Origin: Trypanosoma brucei
Taxonomy: Eukaryota
NCBI GenBank assembly: GCA_000002445.1
Contig: AL929603.2
Span: 864,001-928,000 of the forward strand
Direction of reading: 5' to 3'
DNA length: 64,000 bases
In this document: piece after piece, positions 32,465-43,602 of the stretch
Position numbering within the stretch: the first letter of the stretch is position 1
Layout of the letters: each line of letters opens with the position of its first letter
Position numbers and translations under genes: made by a program
Notes under the pieces: generated by a model
The model's input: the letters and a program-made list of their open reading frames with translations, nothing else
Told to the model about the DNA's origin: nothing
Database searches by the model: none

Positions 32465-35400
32465 CCTCTTCACATTTGCGAAGCATGAAACAAATAAACA
32501 AAGAGAAGAAGAAAAAAAAGATATGGGGTGAGTTGAGATCATAATAATTTACTACAATTACTGTTATGATGGTTATTTTTATTACTGTTGTCAAGTCAAC
32601 ACAAGGAGAGGATTAGAGGCGTGAAAAGGAGAGAAAACAAATTTTGAAATATAAAGCACTTTTTTTTTTGTTGCTGTTGTTGATGTTGATGAATTTTGAT
32701 GATGTTCCCTCCTTTTTTTAAAAAAATTTAACTACCTATTTATCTATTTATCTATTTATTTAGTTATCTTTCTTTCCTTCTTTGTTTTATTTTTATTTTG
32801 TGTCCTACCGTTTTGATTTGACTCTTTCCGTTGCTATATTTCCATTTATTAGACGTAATGAAGTGTTTTGAAAGATACAAGAAAGACAAGAAAAGAAAAG
32901 AGAAGGAAAAGAAAAAAGAAAACAACAACAACAACATTATTAAAAGAAGAAAAGAAAAGAAGAAGCAAATAAAACAAATAAAAGGGGAAATGAGGGAGTG
33001 TTCTCTCTATCCCTGCGTGGGACTGCAGGAGGTTCCAGCAGTTATGCACATGTAGTTCATATGTTATGTATTAATGTCGTGAGGGGAAAATGATGACACG
33101 TATTTATTTATTTGTGTGTGTTTTATTATTATTATTATTTAAAATAAATAAATAAACATAAAACAAAAACAAAAATATAAAAATGTTTATTTATGCCTGT
33201 GAGAAGAGACATGGAAAAGGAAAAGGGGAATACGGGAGAGGGAGAGTATGGGAAGAGGAATATATAGGGAAAAATAGAGCAAAAAGGAATGGAGGGTTCC
33301 GTTTGGTTTTCGATGGTAATATTCATAATAAATAATAAATAATAATAATGAGAAAAATAATGAGGTGAAATATGCGGGATTGTGTTTATATGGCGCGCAC
33401 ACATTTTTTCTTTTTTTTGTTTTTGCATCATCATTGCTTTGGCTACTTGTTTTCTTTTCTTTTCTTTTTTTTTGCATTATTTGTTTACTGGGAAGAATTT
33501 TTTTGTTTTGTGTGTTTGTGTGTGTGTGGGTTTTTTTTTTGCCACTGGATCAAATAAAATAGCGGCAACAATAATAAAAAGAAAAAAAAGAGAAAGACTA
33601 AGGGAAATTATAATTGTTGTGTTAAATGTTAAACAAAAGTGAGTAATGTAAACAAAAAGAAATTATATATATTTCTAATGGGAGCAGGAGAAAAAAAAAG
33701 GAAGAGAGGAGAAAATAAAAATAAAATAAAAATAAAATACAAGGAGGTTTGGAGGATTACGATATTTGGAGTTTATGAACATAAGGGGGTAAATAGTCAC
33801 CGTGAGATGAGAGTGAGGGTAAACGTGAAGATAAATAAATAAATTAATCGTATATGTAATAATGAAAAAAAAAAGGTGAATACTTGGAGAAAAGTATAAC
33901 AAAAAATAAACAAAAAGAAAAGAAAAGAGGAAAATGCAGGAGGAGAAAAAAGAGGGATGAAGTCCCATGCGACAGTGTCCCACCGTTTTCTAAGATTTTT
34001 TTTCGTTCCATTTACAATTTTGCCACTGAACACGTCACAGTTTCCTTTTTCCTTTTTTCCTTTTCCTCCTCTCCTCCGTCATTGCCCTTAAATTAAAGAA
34101 TATGCGAATGATATGGTAACGTTGGGGAAGAGAAATGTCTGGGGAAATTTACATATGTTTTATATACCTGTTGGTTCGCACTTTATATATATATATATTT
34201 ATTTATTTTCCAGTTGTGTTTGTTGAAACCCGTGAGTCTGAGAGAAAATAGAAGGAAGTGAAGTGCAGCGGGTTCGCGCTTCTTTTTTTTTTTTATAGAG
34301 TTTTTTTTTTACATTTTTACTCATCTCCGGTATGGTGGCGCACAGCAGTAATTCCTAATATTATTATTATTAATTATTAATTATTGTTTATTATTATTAT
34401 TATCATTTCCCTTTCCTTCCCTCTTTTCAGCTCCGAAGTTCCGTATGTGTCAAACTTCCACAAAAATGTCGAATGTAGAGGCTCCTGCCAGCGAAATGAA
34501 CAAAAAAGAAAGAAAAAAGGAAGAAAAGGAAAGAGAGCAGGGTAAAGTTTTAAAAAAAGAAAAAAATACTAAAAAGGAAAGTTTCTCCCTGTCTTTTTTT
34601 AAAAAAAATTTATTTACACTTTTATTTCATGAATTTTGGTTCTTTCTTTGTTTGTTTGTTTCTTTCTTCTCATTTCTTCTCTCATTTCCTCGTAATTCGG
34701 TGCCACTGTACGTTTATATCATGGCAACAGTGCCACAACCGTATGTCACCATCGCTACCACTGTTATTATATTATATATTTATATTTATATAGTAATAAT
34801 ACTAAAAATAATTACTTTCATTACGACTAGTACCTACGATTACTACCATTGCTAGAGGAGTGGTTGTAGTGAAATAGTTGGAAATATTATGTGATGTTGC
34901 TAACAATTATTGCGGTGCATACGAACATATACACATATGCTTATATATGCGTATGTGCGTGTGTCAGTGCCATGTCGTCTTTTATTTATTTTCATTTTTA
35001 TTCCTCTTTCACCTGGTTCTCCCAACTTGTTGTTCGCGTATGTATTTTTCTCGTTTTCTTTTTTTCCTCTTCTTCTTTTCTTTTCCTTTTGTGAATGTTG
35101 AGTTGAGTTGAGTTTAGTTTAGTTTCTGTTTTACTTTTTGTTTTTTTTTCCTTTTTTATTTAGTTGCTGGCTCCCTGTCTTTGAATCTCTGCGGGGAGCC
35201 TCTGTTGTGGTATATTCTCGTTTCTTTTTTTTTTTTTGTGTTTGTGTGACTTTGCGGCAGTCCATCAACGAAACTTATAAAAGTGAAAAGGAAACAAAAA
35301 CAAAAGGAAAGGAACGTTGAAAAAAAAACCCCTAAGAGATATTAACTATCAACATTTACGAAGAAAGGATAGGGGGAATAGATATAACGGGAAGCCGCAT

Positions 35401-35637
35401 TGATACAAAAATATACACATACACACAAGGGAATAAATATATACTCATAAATATAGAAGGTAAGAGAGGGAAAGAAAAATAAAAAAAGAAAAAAAGAAAA
35501 GGAAAAGGAATAAGGGAATAAGGGAATAAGAGAACAGAAACCAGAGACACATACACACACGAAGAAGGACAAGTAGTCCATTGTCGAGCTGTTTTCTTTT
35601 TTTTGTCTGTTTACCGTAACGAAGTGAGCATTTTTCA

Positions 35638-37788
35638 ATGAGTAGTACTGAAAGCAGCGGTGGAGGGTCGAGTAACGCTTCCCCAAGGTCAGATGGTGAA
35701 GGCTCCACTTCCATTACTAGAGTCAGCAGCAGCAGCAGCAGCGATAGCAGTAAAAGCAGCAGCAAAAGTAGTACCAGCAGCAGCGGTAGCAGTAAAAGCA
35801 GCAGCGAAGATGAGAGAAAGAAAAACCCTGGAAAGAAAAAAGGAGTGTCTGTGCAGTCAAGTGACACGACGAGTTATAATATGCAGTCGTCTTCGTTCAA
35901 AGTTAGCGGATCTACTGAAAGAAAAGACAGCCGTAGCACAACAACGAAGTCCCAACTTGGGTCAGAAAGTAAAGCACAAACTAGTTTAGATTCAGAACTA
36001 GCGACAACAGAAGATAAATCGGGGTGCCGTGAGGAGTGGGCGGAGTTGCGCAACATGGTGTCGGATATCCGCTCGCGAATGAAGCAGTGCCACCTGCCAC
36101 CATTAGATGTGACAGTAATTGAAAAGTTTATACTCCGAGTAGTGGAGGAGAGCGAAGGGGGTAACAGCTCACCCGCAGTCGTCTCCGCTCCTCAGCGCCT
36201 CAGGAATTGCGGGAGGGTTCGCCCACTGCGATATTCTTTGCCTGGAGGGCCATATGTTAGAAACATACCGAGTCGCATTACTGTGACGAAGTCACTTGGG
36301 CGTGTGGTGCAGTTCAGAGCGCGGTCACGTCACGCCGATCATTATAATTCCGTGTACAATCAGTTGCAGGCCGCTGCTGATGTATGTGTGCCGGGACGCT
36401 TAAGCGCAACGGAAGGTGGCGATGGTGGTGGTAGTGCCGTTGGTGCGCATGGAAGTAAAATGCCAGGAGGATCTTCTCACGCTCCGTTGGTTTTCGTTGG
36501 GTACGATAACGGTAACGGTGATAAAGGCGGTGACATTGATATGGACCAGGATATAGACGTGCCAATGTTGTTTACTCCAGGTGTAATGGAGGTTATATGC
36601 CTAGACAACATTTTGCGCAGGCATGAGCAATCCATTCTCATCACGCTGGCTGCCATTAACAAACGGGAATCTGTTATGGAGAGACTTCGTGCCTTCTTGG
36701 TTATTGCTGCTAAAGATTTATCTATACCTTCAGCGGGTGGATATGACGTGGGGACGGATGGTTGTTCCAATAGTGCAGACGGCAATCCTGCATCTGCTAC
36801 TGCATCGTCTCTGGTTCTCCAGCGCTGTGGTGCACCGGTACCCCTTAGGCGTTACATGGATGTTAACGATGCGAGCTGGACTTCATTCCGTGCCAAAGCC
36901 AACAAGAAGAAGTGGGGTGTTCAAAGTTTGAAACAGCGGTGGGGCTCCGATGCACGACTGCGCGGCGGATATCCGGCCGTGTGGCAGCGCTATTATAAGT
37001 TGGGTGTGTTGTGCCTCTTATATCAGCTCCAGCAGGCATCGTTGGAGGTGGTGGAGGGCATTCGTGCATGGCGTGGGACTCTTACCGCCCCGTTTCCATT
37101 TGTTACCAAAGGGCACAATTATTTGCTTGCCATGGCGCAAAGTATGGCTGAACTCGCCAATGACCCCGTCATGCATTTCCTCTTCCCGCCACCTACCCCG
37201 AGGAAGAAGAGGCCTGGGGAACCAAAACCAAAGCCTGGCATCAGTTTCAAATTTAGTGATCCCGACCCGGCGAGTTTTGTATTGCCCATGTGCCTACAAT
37301 ATTACCCACTGCTTTCCAATATGCCGCATTTACCAGTGTACAAACAACCTCCTAATGCTTTGGTTGGGATTAACACTCCATTCGACTTTGGAGGTGCTGA
37401 CACCAAAGGAAATGAGGAGGGTCTGAGAGGAACAATTCCCATGCCATCTTCTTATGTTGGGGCATTGGTGGTGCATCAAGGCCGTATACGCCCTAACAGT
37501 AGCAGTGGCGGCAGCGGTTCCTCTCAGACCCTTTTAGATTTATCGTATGGCCGTCGGTTATTAAAGGCTGAACAGGTTGTACATAGTGAACTGCGTGTAC
37601 AGTTGCGGTTGATAGAATGGGAATTGACGTTGTGTGCGAAGGGGTGTTATCCCCTTCTGCTACGCGATGTGGGCCAAACGGAAGTAGTATATTTACGATC
37701 AACAAAGCGGCAAGAAGAATGGTACTTTCACCTGCGTGACAAACTCATTTGTCTTGAGGAGGGAAGTAGTGCCGTAGTGAGAGGTTAG
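35638..37788 (+). CDS. hypothetical protein, poly-Ser N-terminal region
   Basis: 716-aa ORF. The N-terminus is (AGC)n-encoded SSSSSSDSSKSSSKSSTSSSGSSKSSS. The remainder is an ordinary-complexity globular region (e.g. NILRRHEQSILITLAAINKRESVMERLRAFLVIAAKDL). No family recognised. Confidence 0.75.
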   Translation: MSSTESSGGGSSNASPRSDGEGSTSITRVSSSSSSDSSKSSSKSSTSSSGSSKSSSEDERKKNPGKKKGVSVQSSDTTSYNMQSSSFKVSGSTERKDSRSTTTKSQLGSESKAQTSLDSELATTEDKSGCREEWAELRNMVSDIRSRMKQCHLPPLDVTVIEKFILRVVEESEGGNSSPAVVSAPQRLRNCGRVRPLRYSLPGGPYVRNIPSRITVTKSLGRVVQFRARSRHADHYNSVYNQLQAAADVCVPGRLSATEGGDGGGSAVGAHGSKMPGGSSHAPLVFVGYDNGNGDKGGDIDMDQDIDVPMLFTPGVMEVICLDNILRRHEQSILITLAAINKRESVMERLRAFLVIAAKDLSIPSAGGYDVGTDGCSNSADGNPASATASSLVLQRCGAPVPLRRYMDVNDASWTSFRAKANKKKWGVQSLKQRWGSDARLRGGYPAVWQRYYKLGVLCLLYQLQQASLEVVEGIRAWRGTLTAPFPFVTKGHNYLLAMAQSMAELANDPVMHFLFPPPTPRKKRPGEPKPKPGISFKFSDPDPASFVLPMCLQYYPLLSNMPHLPVYKQPPNALVGINTPFDFGGADTKGNEEGLRGTIPMPSSYVGALVVHQGRIRPNSSSGGSGSSQTLLDLSYGRRLLKAEQVVHSELRVQLRLIEWELTLCAKGCYPLLLRDVGQTEVVYLRSTKRQEEWYFHLRDKLICLEEGSSAVVRG

Positions 37789-38950
37789 AGGGGCTAATTT
37801 AATGTTTTAATTATTTTTGTTATTTTTACTTTTCGTTACTAGAAGGTACGCGTCCACGTCTCACCCAATTTTCCCCCCTCTCTTCATCCGTGACACGTGC
37901 ATGTATATATGCTTTTGCCTATGCTTGTGCTTATGCTTGTGTGTTTACATGTGTAACCACCGCCCTATATTCTTCTTTGTTCATCCCTGTTGCTCTTTTC
38001 ATTTCTCTCCCCCATTTGCTTTACTCCGCTTCCGCTTCCTCTCCTTCATTTTTTATTTTTCCGTATTTGCTTATTATAGCTTTAATTTTAATTTTAATTT
38101 TGTTGTTCGTCCTTATTTTCATTGGTTTTCATTTCTTTTTTTTTCTGTTTTGTGTGCACTTTTTTGTCACATTATTTGCATATACTTTTTAAAGAATTTG
38201 CACATGGTCATGAGGTCTCAGTTGTGTAGACGAGCGGGTAAGGAGAAAAGAAAAGAAAAGAAGAGAAGAGAAGAGAAGAGGAGATGAGAAGATGAGAGAA
38301 TAGAGAAGATAAAGTGACGATAACAAAGTCACAGAAACAAATAGATGAGTGAATGAGGAGACATGTGTGACGGGAAGGGGGAGAATTTTTTTTTTTAAAA
38401 GAAAAAGTGAATGCTTCTGATGTTTATTTAGGAAGAAGAAGAAGGGACGCCGGTACCTACCCGTGTATTTGTGTGCATGCCGATGCCGCAACTCCCTTTG
38501 AGAGAAGAAAGAGAGAAGAAAAAAAGAAGGAAGAGGAAAGTTTATATATATAAATATATATAAACATATGTCTGTGGGAGTGGGAGTGCGTACATAAAAG
38601 GGAATGATAGAAGCACATGAATGAGAGATAAAGAGAAAAGATCAGAGAGTGTCGGTCATTATTATTATTATTTTTTTTTTTTGGCTGCAAAACTTTACAT
38701 TCCCTATATTATGTTCACAGCTGCCTTCATTTCTTTGCACTTTCTCTACTCCGTATAATCTTTTCTCCTCTTTTCTTTTTTTTCTTTTCTTTATATATTT
38801 TCCCATCCTACTTATGCAGTGCCCAAGGAAGAACATCTTATGTGAGCATTTCATAGGACAGAAGCGGAATCAACATCAGGTGGGACGCCACACAACACAT
38901 TTGTCAAAAACTTGAACGTGTGCTCTCCTGAAGGAAGAGAAACATAAAAA

Positions 38951-38988
38951 ACACCACCACCACCACCACCACCACCAACAACAACAAC
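38951..38988. repeat. (CCA)n-(CAA)n trinucleotide repeat
   Basis: caccaccaccaccaccaccaccaccaacaacaacaacta in the spacer upstream of the SMP pair. Confidence 0.85.
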
Positions 38989-39220
38989 TAAACAGAAAAC
39001 TAAACTAAAAAAAAGAATAGGGGGAAGGGTGTGGTACACTGACAACGCAAACGAAGGACAGATTAGCCTACTGTGAGGGTTGGAACTTTTAAAAAAAAAA
39101 TAATTAAAAAATCCGGAAAGGAAAAGTTTCAATAATAAAAGGAAAAAGAGAGAGAGAACGGGACAAAAGAGGAGGAAGTCTCTCTCTGTGTGTGTGTGTG
39201 TTTGTGTGTTTGTGTGAGAC

Positions 39221-41026
39221 GTGATGGATACTCTCTTTTATTTTCCTGTTGGATGCCTTATTGGCGCTGTTTGTGTAGTTATATGTTACCTCTTTGGCAT
39301 GGAGTGTCCGGTATTTGTTGGTTCCACCGTCAAGGGCGCCGCATGCTTTATGGTGCAGAAGCTTACTAACTGTGATGTTTCCCTTTTACGCAGCAGCACA
39401 TTATTCATACCATCTGATAGTTCCTCTTTTTCTTTTGTCCCGAATCATGGGATTGGATCAGCTGCCAGGAGGTCGCTGTATGGCAGGAATGATAATGAGA
39501 TTAAAAATCCACTGATGACACAACGATGCCAGAGTCCTCACTCGGCGGGATCGACTTTATCACCGGAACGGTTAACAGTCATGTGCCAACTGGCCATGTG
39601 CCATGAAGATGAGGAGGATTATGTTGTGAGGAACTGCCACCTGGTGATGTCGGAATCGTTTATGATGTTATACGAAGTGCTTTCTTCACATAGCGTTGGA
39701 AACCATGAACGTGCAATTACAAATGAACGTTTTATTGGCCGCATACAGATGGACCGAGTGGTATCCCGGGCGATTTATGTGAGCTCGGCGGATAAGCGCT
39801 CCCTTCGCACCGGTGGGTTGCATGGGCACATGTTGATGCTCACAACTCATTCGGGCGATGACGGTCTCTTCTTTGAGGCTGAAGATGGTGAATGTGGTAT
39901 AGAGGAGGAGGATCCATCATTGGGTGTGACGGTGCGTGGCAGTAAATGGTGGGATGCAAGTAGTAAAACCCTTCATGATGTAATGTTAGGGAGGAGGAGG
40001 AGCAGTGGGTTGGTAGGTGTCACTAAGAGGGATGAGTCAGTTGAAAAACTCAGCAACTCGGCTAGTCTTCGTGCATCTGTCGGCGGACATGGGGAGAATT
40101 CATGCAGTGACCACGTTGGTGGGGGGAGTCCATGGGATGAAGATAATGGTAGTGAAGAGCCCGACCCCGATGCCAAAGGAACATCACAGATGTATATATT
40201 TTTGAAGTTTCGCTACGCGCGGGAGCAAGAGCGGGTGCACAATCTCCTTGTGGGAATGCACGAAGCGGTGCATTGGCACGAGTACTTGCAGACAATCCCA
40301 ACACCTAATGCCTTCAATGTCTTTCTGTCACGCGTGATATTTCAAAGTCTGCGTAGTACGGCGCTCGCCAACTTTATTCGTGAGAAGATCCAAAAATCAT
40401 TGGACATCATGGCCGTCAAAAAGTTCCCGAGAGGGCTTGAAGGTCGGATTCTTCTCGATGACGTTGCCCTAAACTCTGAGGTTCCTGTCATTAGCAATGT
40501 AACGGATCCACTTATTTTGGCGAAGGGTGAAATGATGTTCGACCTCGACATATTGTACCGTGGTGGTGCCTCGCTTCTGTTTCGATCGTGTTTGACGTAT
40601 CGTGGTGTTCGCATTCCCCACGTTACACTTTATGTGAAACTCGTGCGGGCAGAGGCGCGGCTGCGAGTGAGCGTTGGTCCGCCACCCAGCAAAGTGTTTT
40701 GGGTTGGCTGCCTCGCTCCACCGGATGTGCAATTGGAGGTGAGTCAAGGCATGGAAAGCGGTCATGGCTTGCTTCATCGCCTCCTCACCTCACTGCCTAA
40801 TTTGAGCGGTATCGTAACGAAACTTCTCAAATTGTACCTCTTGCATGAGATGATGTTGCCACTGATGGATGACTTTCCACTGCCTAATGTTGAGGACACA
40901 CCTCCCGTTACACCGCGAGATGATGGCAAGAAGACGTGGAATGTTCCGTTTTGTAGAAGGGAGGCGATGAGGTACATTCAGGAGCATATGAACATACACT
41001 GGTTTCAGGAGGCGGGTGATCATTAG
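39221..41026 (+). CDS. membrane-anchored SMP-domain (synaptotagmin-like mitochondrial lipid-binding, TEX2/Nvj2-like) protein, paralogue A
   Basis: 601-aa ORF. The N-terminal hydrophobic anchor is MMDTLFYFPVGCLIGAVCVVICYLFG. The C-terminal ~160 aa (ILLDDVALNSEVPVISNVTDPLILAKGEMMFDLDILYRGGASLLFRS...TYRGVRIPHVTLYVKLVRAEARLRVSVGPPPSKVFWVGCLAPPDVQLEV...LPLMDDFPLP) matches the SMP consensus I remember from the TEX2/Nvj2/PDZD8 group: PPS-x-R/K-hW-hGF-x-PP-x-hxh...h-LP-NMDD. It aligns clearly with the downstream gene. Confidence 0.8.
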   Translation: MMDTLFYFPVGCLIGAVCVVICYLFGMECPVFVGSTVKGAACFMVQKLTNCDVSLLRSSTLFIPSDSSSFSFVPNHGIGSAARRSLYGRNDNEIKNPLMTQRCQSPHSAGSTLSPERLTVMCQLAMCHEDEEDYVVRNCHLVMSESFMMLYEVLSSHSVGNHERAITNERFIGRIQMDRVVSRAIYVSSADKRSLRTGGLHGHMLMLTTHSGDDGLFFEAEDGECGIEEEDPSLGVTVRGSKWWDASSKTLHDVMLGRRRSSGLVGVTKRDESVEKLSNSASLRASVGGHGENSCSDHVGGGSPWDEDNGSEEPDPDAKGTSQMYIFLKFRYAREQERVHNLLVGMHEAVHWHEYLQTIPTPNAFNVFLSRVIFQSLRSTALANFIREKIQKSLDIMAVKKFPRGLEGRILLDDVALNSEVPVISNVTDPLILAKGEMMFDLDILYRGGASLLFRSCLTYRGVRIPHVTLYVKLVRAEARLRVSVGPPPSKVFWVGCLAPPDVQLEVSQGMESGHGLLHRLLTSLPNLSGIVTKLLKLYLLHEMMLPLMDDFPLPNVEDTPPVTPRDDGKKTWNVPFCRREAMRYIQEHMNIHWFQEAGDH

Positions 41027-41053
41027 GTTTTGGGTTTGCCCATTTTTGTCCAT

Positions 41054-41064
41054 GTGTGTGTGTG

Positions 41065-41096
<32 letters not shown>
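41054..41096. repeat. compound microsatellite (GT)8(CA)(TA)12
   Basis: catgtgtgtgtgtgtgtgtgcatatatatatatatatatatatata, immediately 3' of the stop of the first SMP gene. Confidence 0.95.
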
Positions 41097-41098
<2 letters not shown>

Positions 41099-41701
41099 TA
41101 TAGTGAAGGTCCCTGGACCACCCACTAAACAGTTTCTTTGACGCGATCTTCTGGCATCCTGCCAAAAATTTCCTGCTTCATCAACGACACTTATCGCTCG
41201 TACGTTGTTTGAGTTCTATTCAACTTGGGGGAGGATTTGAGATGTTTTTCTTTCTTCTTTTGATTGCTTCTGTTTATTGCTTTTCTTTTTCTTCTTTCTT
41301 TTTTTTAAAAACCCTTTTCGCGTGGTGTTGGAGCTTGTGAGCACGCGACACGCTGGAAATGGGGGGAGGGAGATGGGCGGCTCCTCAGGACATTTCGTCG
41401 CAAAAAAAAAAAAGAGGTGTCTGTAGTTATACGCTATACTAACGGACGTGCTTGACTAAAGTTAAGGAAGATAAGTTGTTGCGAGAGCATTATCTTATCT
41501 CTGTATATGCATACAAATATTTGCATATACAGATGTAAGAATATTCCTACGTGCAGATTGGTTGTTGATTACACTTGCGTCAGAAAACAACAACAACAAG
41601 CAAACATATCTATTGGAGCTTGTTGTACCTGATTTCTGCTTGTCATTATGTTGACCTCAATTTTCTCCTTTTTACAGTTCGCTTCCTTTCGTCTTTTATA
41701 T

Positions 41702-41736
<35 letters not shown>

Positions 41737-41737
41737 C
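41702..41737. repeat. (TA)n microsatellite
   Basis: ttatatatatatatatatatatatatgtatatatatatc in the spacer between the two SMP genes. It lies inside the upstream extension of ORF 41575, which is why that extension is rejected. Confidence 0.95.
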
Positions 41738-42009
41738 ATGTTATTTATTTAATCTTTTTCATCTTTTTTTTTCTCATCTTCTTCTCTCGCATTTCTCATC
41801 GTGAAACACCACGTAATTCCCTGCGCCGTAGCCCTCAGAGCCAAAGTGTAGAAGGAGAGGAGAGACATTTAAACGAAAGGGGTGGTGAAGGCGGAGGCCT
41901 CCACCAATCCGCTTCGAGTGCCCGTGCGGACGCTCACACACGCTGTAACGTTGAGCCAATAGCTTTTGTTGCGTTGCAGGAGGAAAGACGGGCGTGTCAG
42001 GTTTTGTGT

Positions 42010-43602
42010 ATGTTGAGTCTGCTGCTTCTACTGCTATGTGGTGTTGCCTGCGGGGCAGTGGCAACTGTCTTTAGCGTGTGGTTCGCTTTCATTAGGTTCG
42101 ATAACTTCCTTCAGCGCGTGTTGGAGCGTAATGAGGAAGCTGCTATCCGAGCATTGGAGGATACGCGTACGAGTGTGACGGTGCCGGCATCCAAAGTGGA
42201 GGGTATTTGTGAAATGGCATGTTTTGATGGTGATGTCGTATGGAAGACGATTCCTGTGCGGGCTGTGCTCTTTGGTTCTACCGTGTCCGTGTATCGATTA
42301 GTTACGCGGGAGATGTCAGATGACCTTAACAACACCGTTGTGTGTGGAGATCAGTTGATTGGGAAGATAAATACAGATTCTGTCATCAGTTCTGTGGTAA
42401 AGATATCTAAATATCATCGACATGTGAATATAGCGGAACGGTGTTCGCCAGTGTCGGGCCAATGTCTTCTGCTTCGTCATAAACCAGGCCTTCCTTTGTT
42501 TCTTGTAGATCCAGTCGTGCAACTGAAGCAAAGACTTCGTCGGAAGCAGAGGGAGCAAACCAGCAGGGGGACAGTTCATCATTCACCGCTTCAAGACGAT
42601 GACGAGGATTTCATCAACGCGAAGGACACGCATAGCGACCAAAGGAACAACAGCCAGAGTAATAACTTGTCCAGTTCTGCGCTTGACTCTTCATCTTCTG
42701 TGGATGGTAGCGGGGAAGACTATAGTAAGTGGACCGCGGTGCTGTTTAAGATGTGTACGAGAAGGGAGTTGGAGCGCTGGTACAATTTGCTCCAGGGTAA
42801 TTCTCAATCAGAGGAGTGGCGCAATTTCATCAAACGGTTAACACGCGCCGATGCTCTCAGTCTTGTAGTTGCACGTCTCTACTTTGCTAACACGGACACG
42901 AGTAGTCTACAAGATTTGCTCACCCGAAAGATCAGACGGAAGCTACGAAGGGTGTCGAGGAGGCTTCCTAATCACATGAAAGGGGAGATTATACTGGACC
43001 GCTTGGAGCTTGGTGAAGAGATTCCGCTTCTTGACTCGGTAAGCGATCCAGTTGTTTCACCCAATGGTGAGATAGAATTTGACTTTTATCTCCTGTATCG
43101 CGGCGGCCTCCACTTCAGCCTACGGTTCAGCATAACGTATCGCGGCATGCGTGTGCCAGACATTATTTTTAATGTGAAGGTGCTTCAGCTGTCGAACCGT
43201 GTGCGGCTCAATGTCGGTCCCCCTCCATCAGCAAAGATTTGGCTGAGCAGCCCACACACGCCGCATCTGCAGCTGGAGTTTACGCAGGAAGTTGCCACAA
43301 ATGATGGTTTCCTACACACCTTACTGAAGCTCCTTCCAGATATGAGTGCCATCATGACGACCATCGTGAAGGTGAAATTATTTGAGGATATGCTGCTTCC
43401 ATCCATGGATGACTTCCCATTGCCGTGCCTAAGTTACTCTCCATCCTCTTCGGAGGCGAGTGATGATGGTGAAGAGGATGTGGATGCAAAAGTGGAGTAC
43501 AGTTTTGCATCACCAGCAGAAGAGGAGTCGTCACCACCGCCACTCCGCAGCTTTGACGCCGTGAGCATGGGGTCATTGATCGAACGTCGACCACATAGGT
43601 GA
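42010..43602 (+). CDS. membrane-anchored SMP-domain (TEX2/Nvj2-like) protein, paralogue B
   Basis: The ORF is given as 41575..43602, but codons 41575-42009 run through an (AT)n microsatellite and poly-T tracts (translation LYIYIYIYVYIYHV...FFIFFFLIFF). The Met at 42010 (MLSLLLLLLCGVACGAVATVFSVWFAF, a hydrophobic anchor mirroring paralogue A) is taken as the start. The C-terminal block IILDRLELGEEIPLLDSVSDPVVSPNGEIEFDFYLLYRGG...TYRGMRVPDIIFNVKVLQLSNRVRLNVGPPPSAKIWLSSPHTPHLQLEF...LPSMDDFPLP aligns with the upstream gene. Confidence 0.8.
   Translation: MLSLLLLLLCGVACGAVATVFSVWFAFIRFDNFLQRVLERNEEAAIRALEDTRTSVTVPASKVEGICEMACFDGDVVWKTIPVRAVLFGSTVSVYRLVTREMSDDLNNTVVCGDQLIGKINTDSVISSVVKISKYHRHVNIAERCSPVSGQCLLLRHKPGLPLFLVDPVVQLKQRLRRKQREQTSRGTVHHSPLQDDDEDFINAKDTHSDQRNNSQSNNLSSSALDSSSSVDGSGEDYSKWTAVLFKMCTRRELERWYNLLQGNSQSEEWRNFIKRLTRADALSLVVARLYFANTDTSSLQDLLTRKIRRKLRRVSRRLPNHMKGEIILDRLELGEEIPLLDSVSDPVVSPNGEIEFDFYLLYRGGLHFSLRFSITYRGMRVPDIIFNVKVLQLSNRVRLNVGPPPSAKIWLSSPHTPHLQLEFTQEVATNDGFLHTLLKLLPDMSAIMTTIVKVKLFEDMLLPSMDDFPLPCLSYSPSSSEASDDGEEDVDAKVEYSFASPAEEESSPPPLRSFDAVSMGSLIERRPHR

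Noticed and set aside
32690-32702. C-box-like tgatgatg motif in the 3.8-kb gap as a possible snoRNA.
   Set aside because: No convincing D box (ctga) at the right distance and no terminal stem could be found by eye. It is kept only as part of the long-gap finding.
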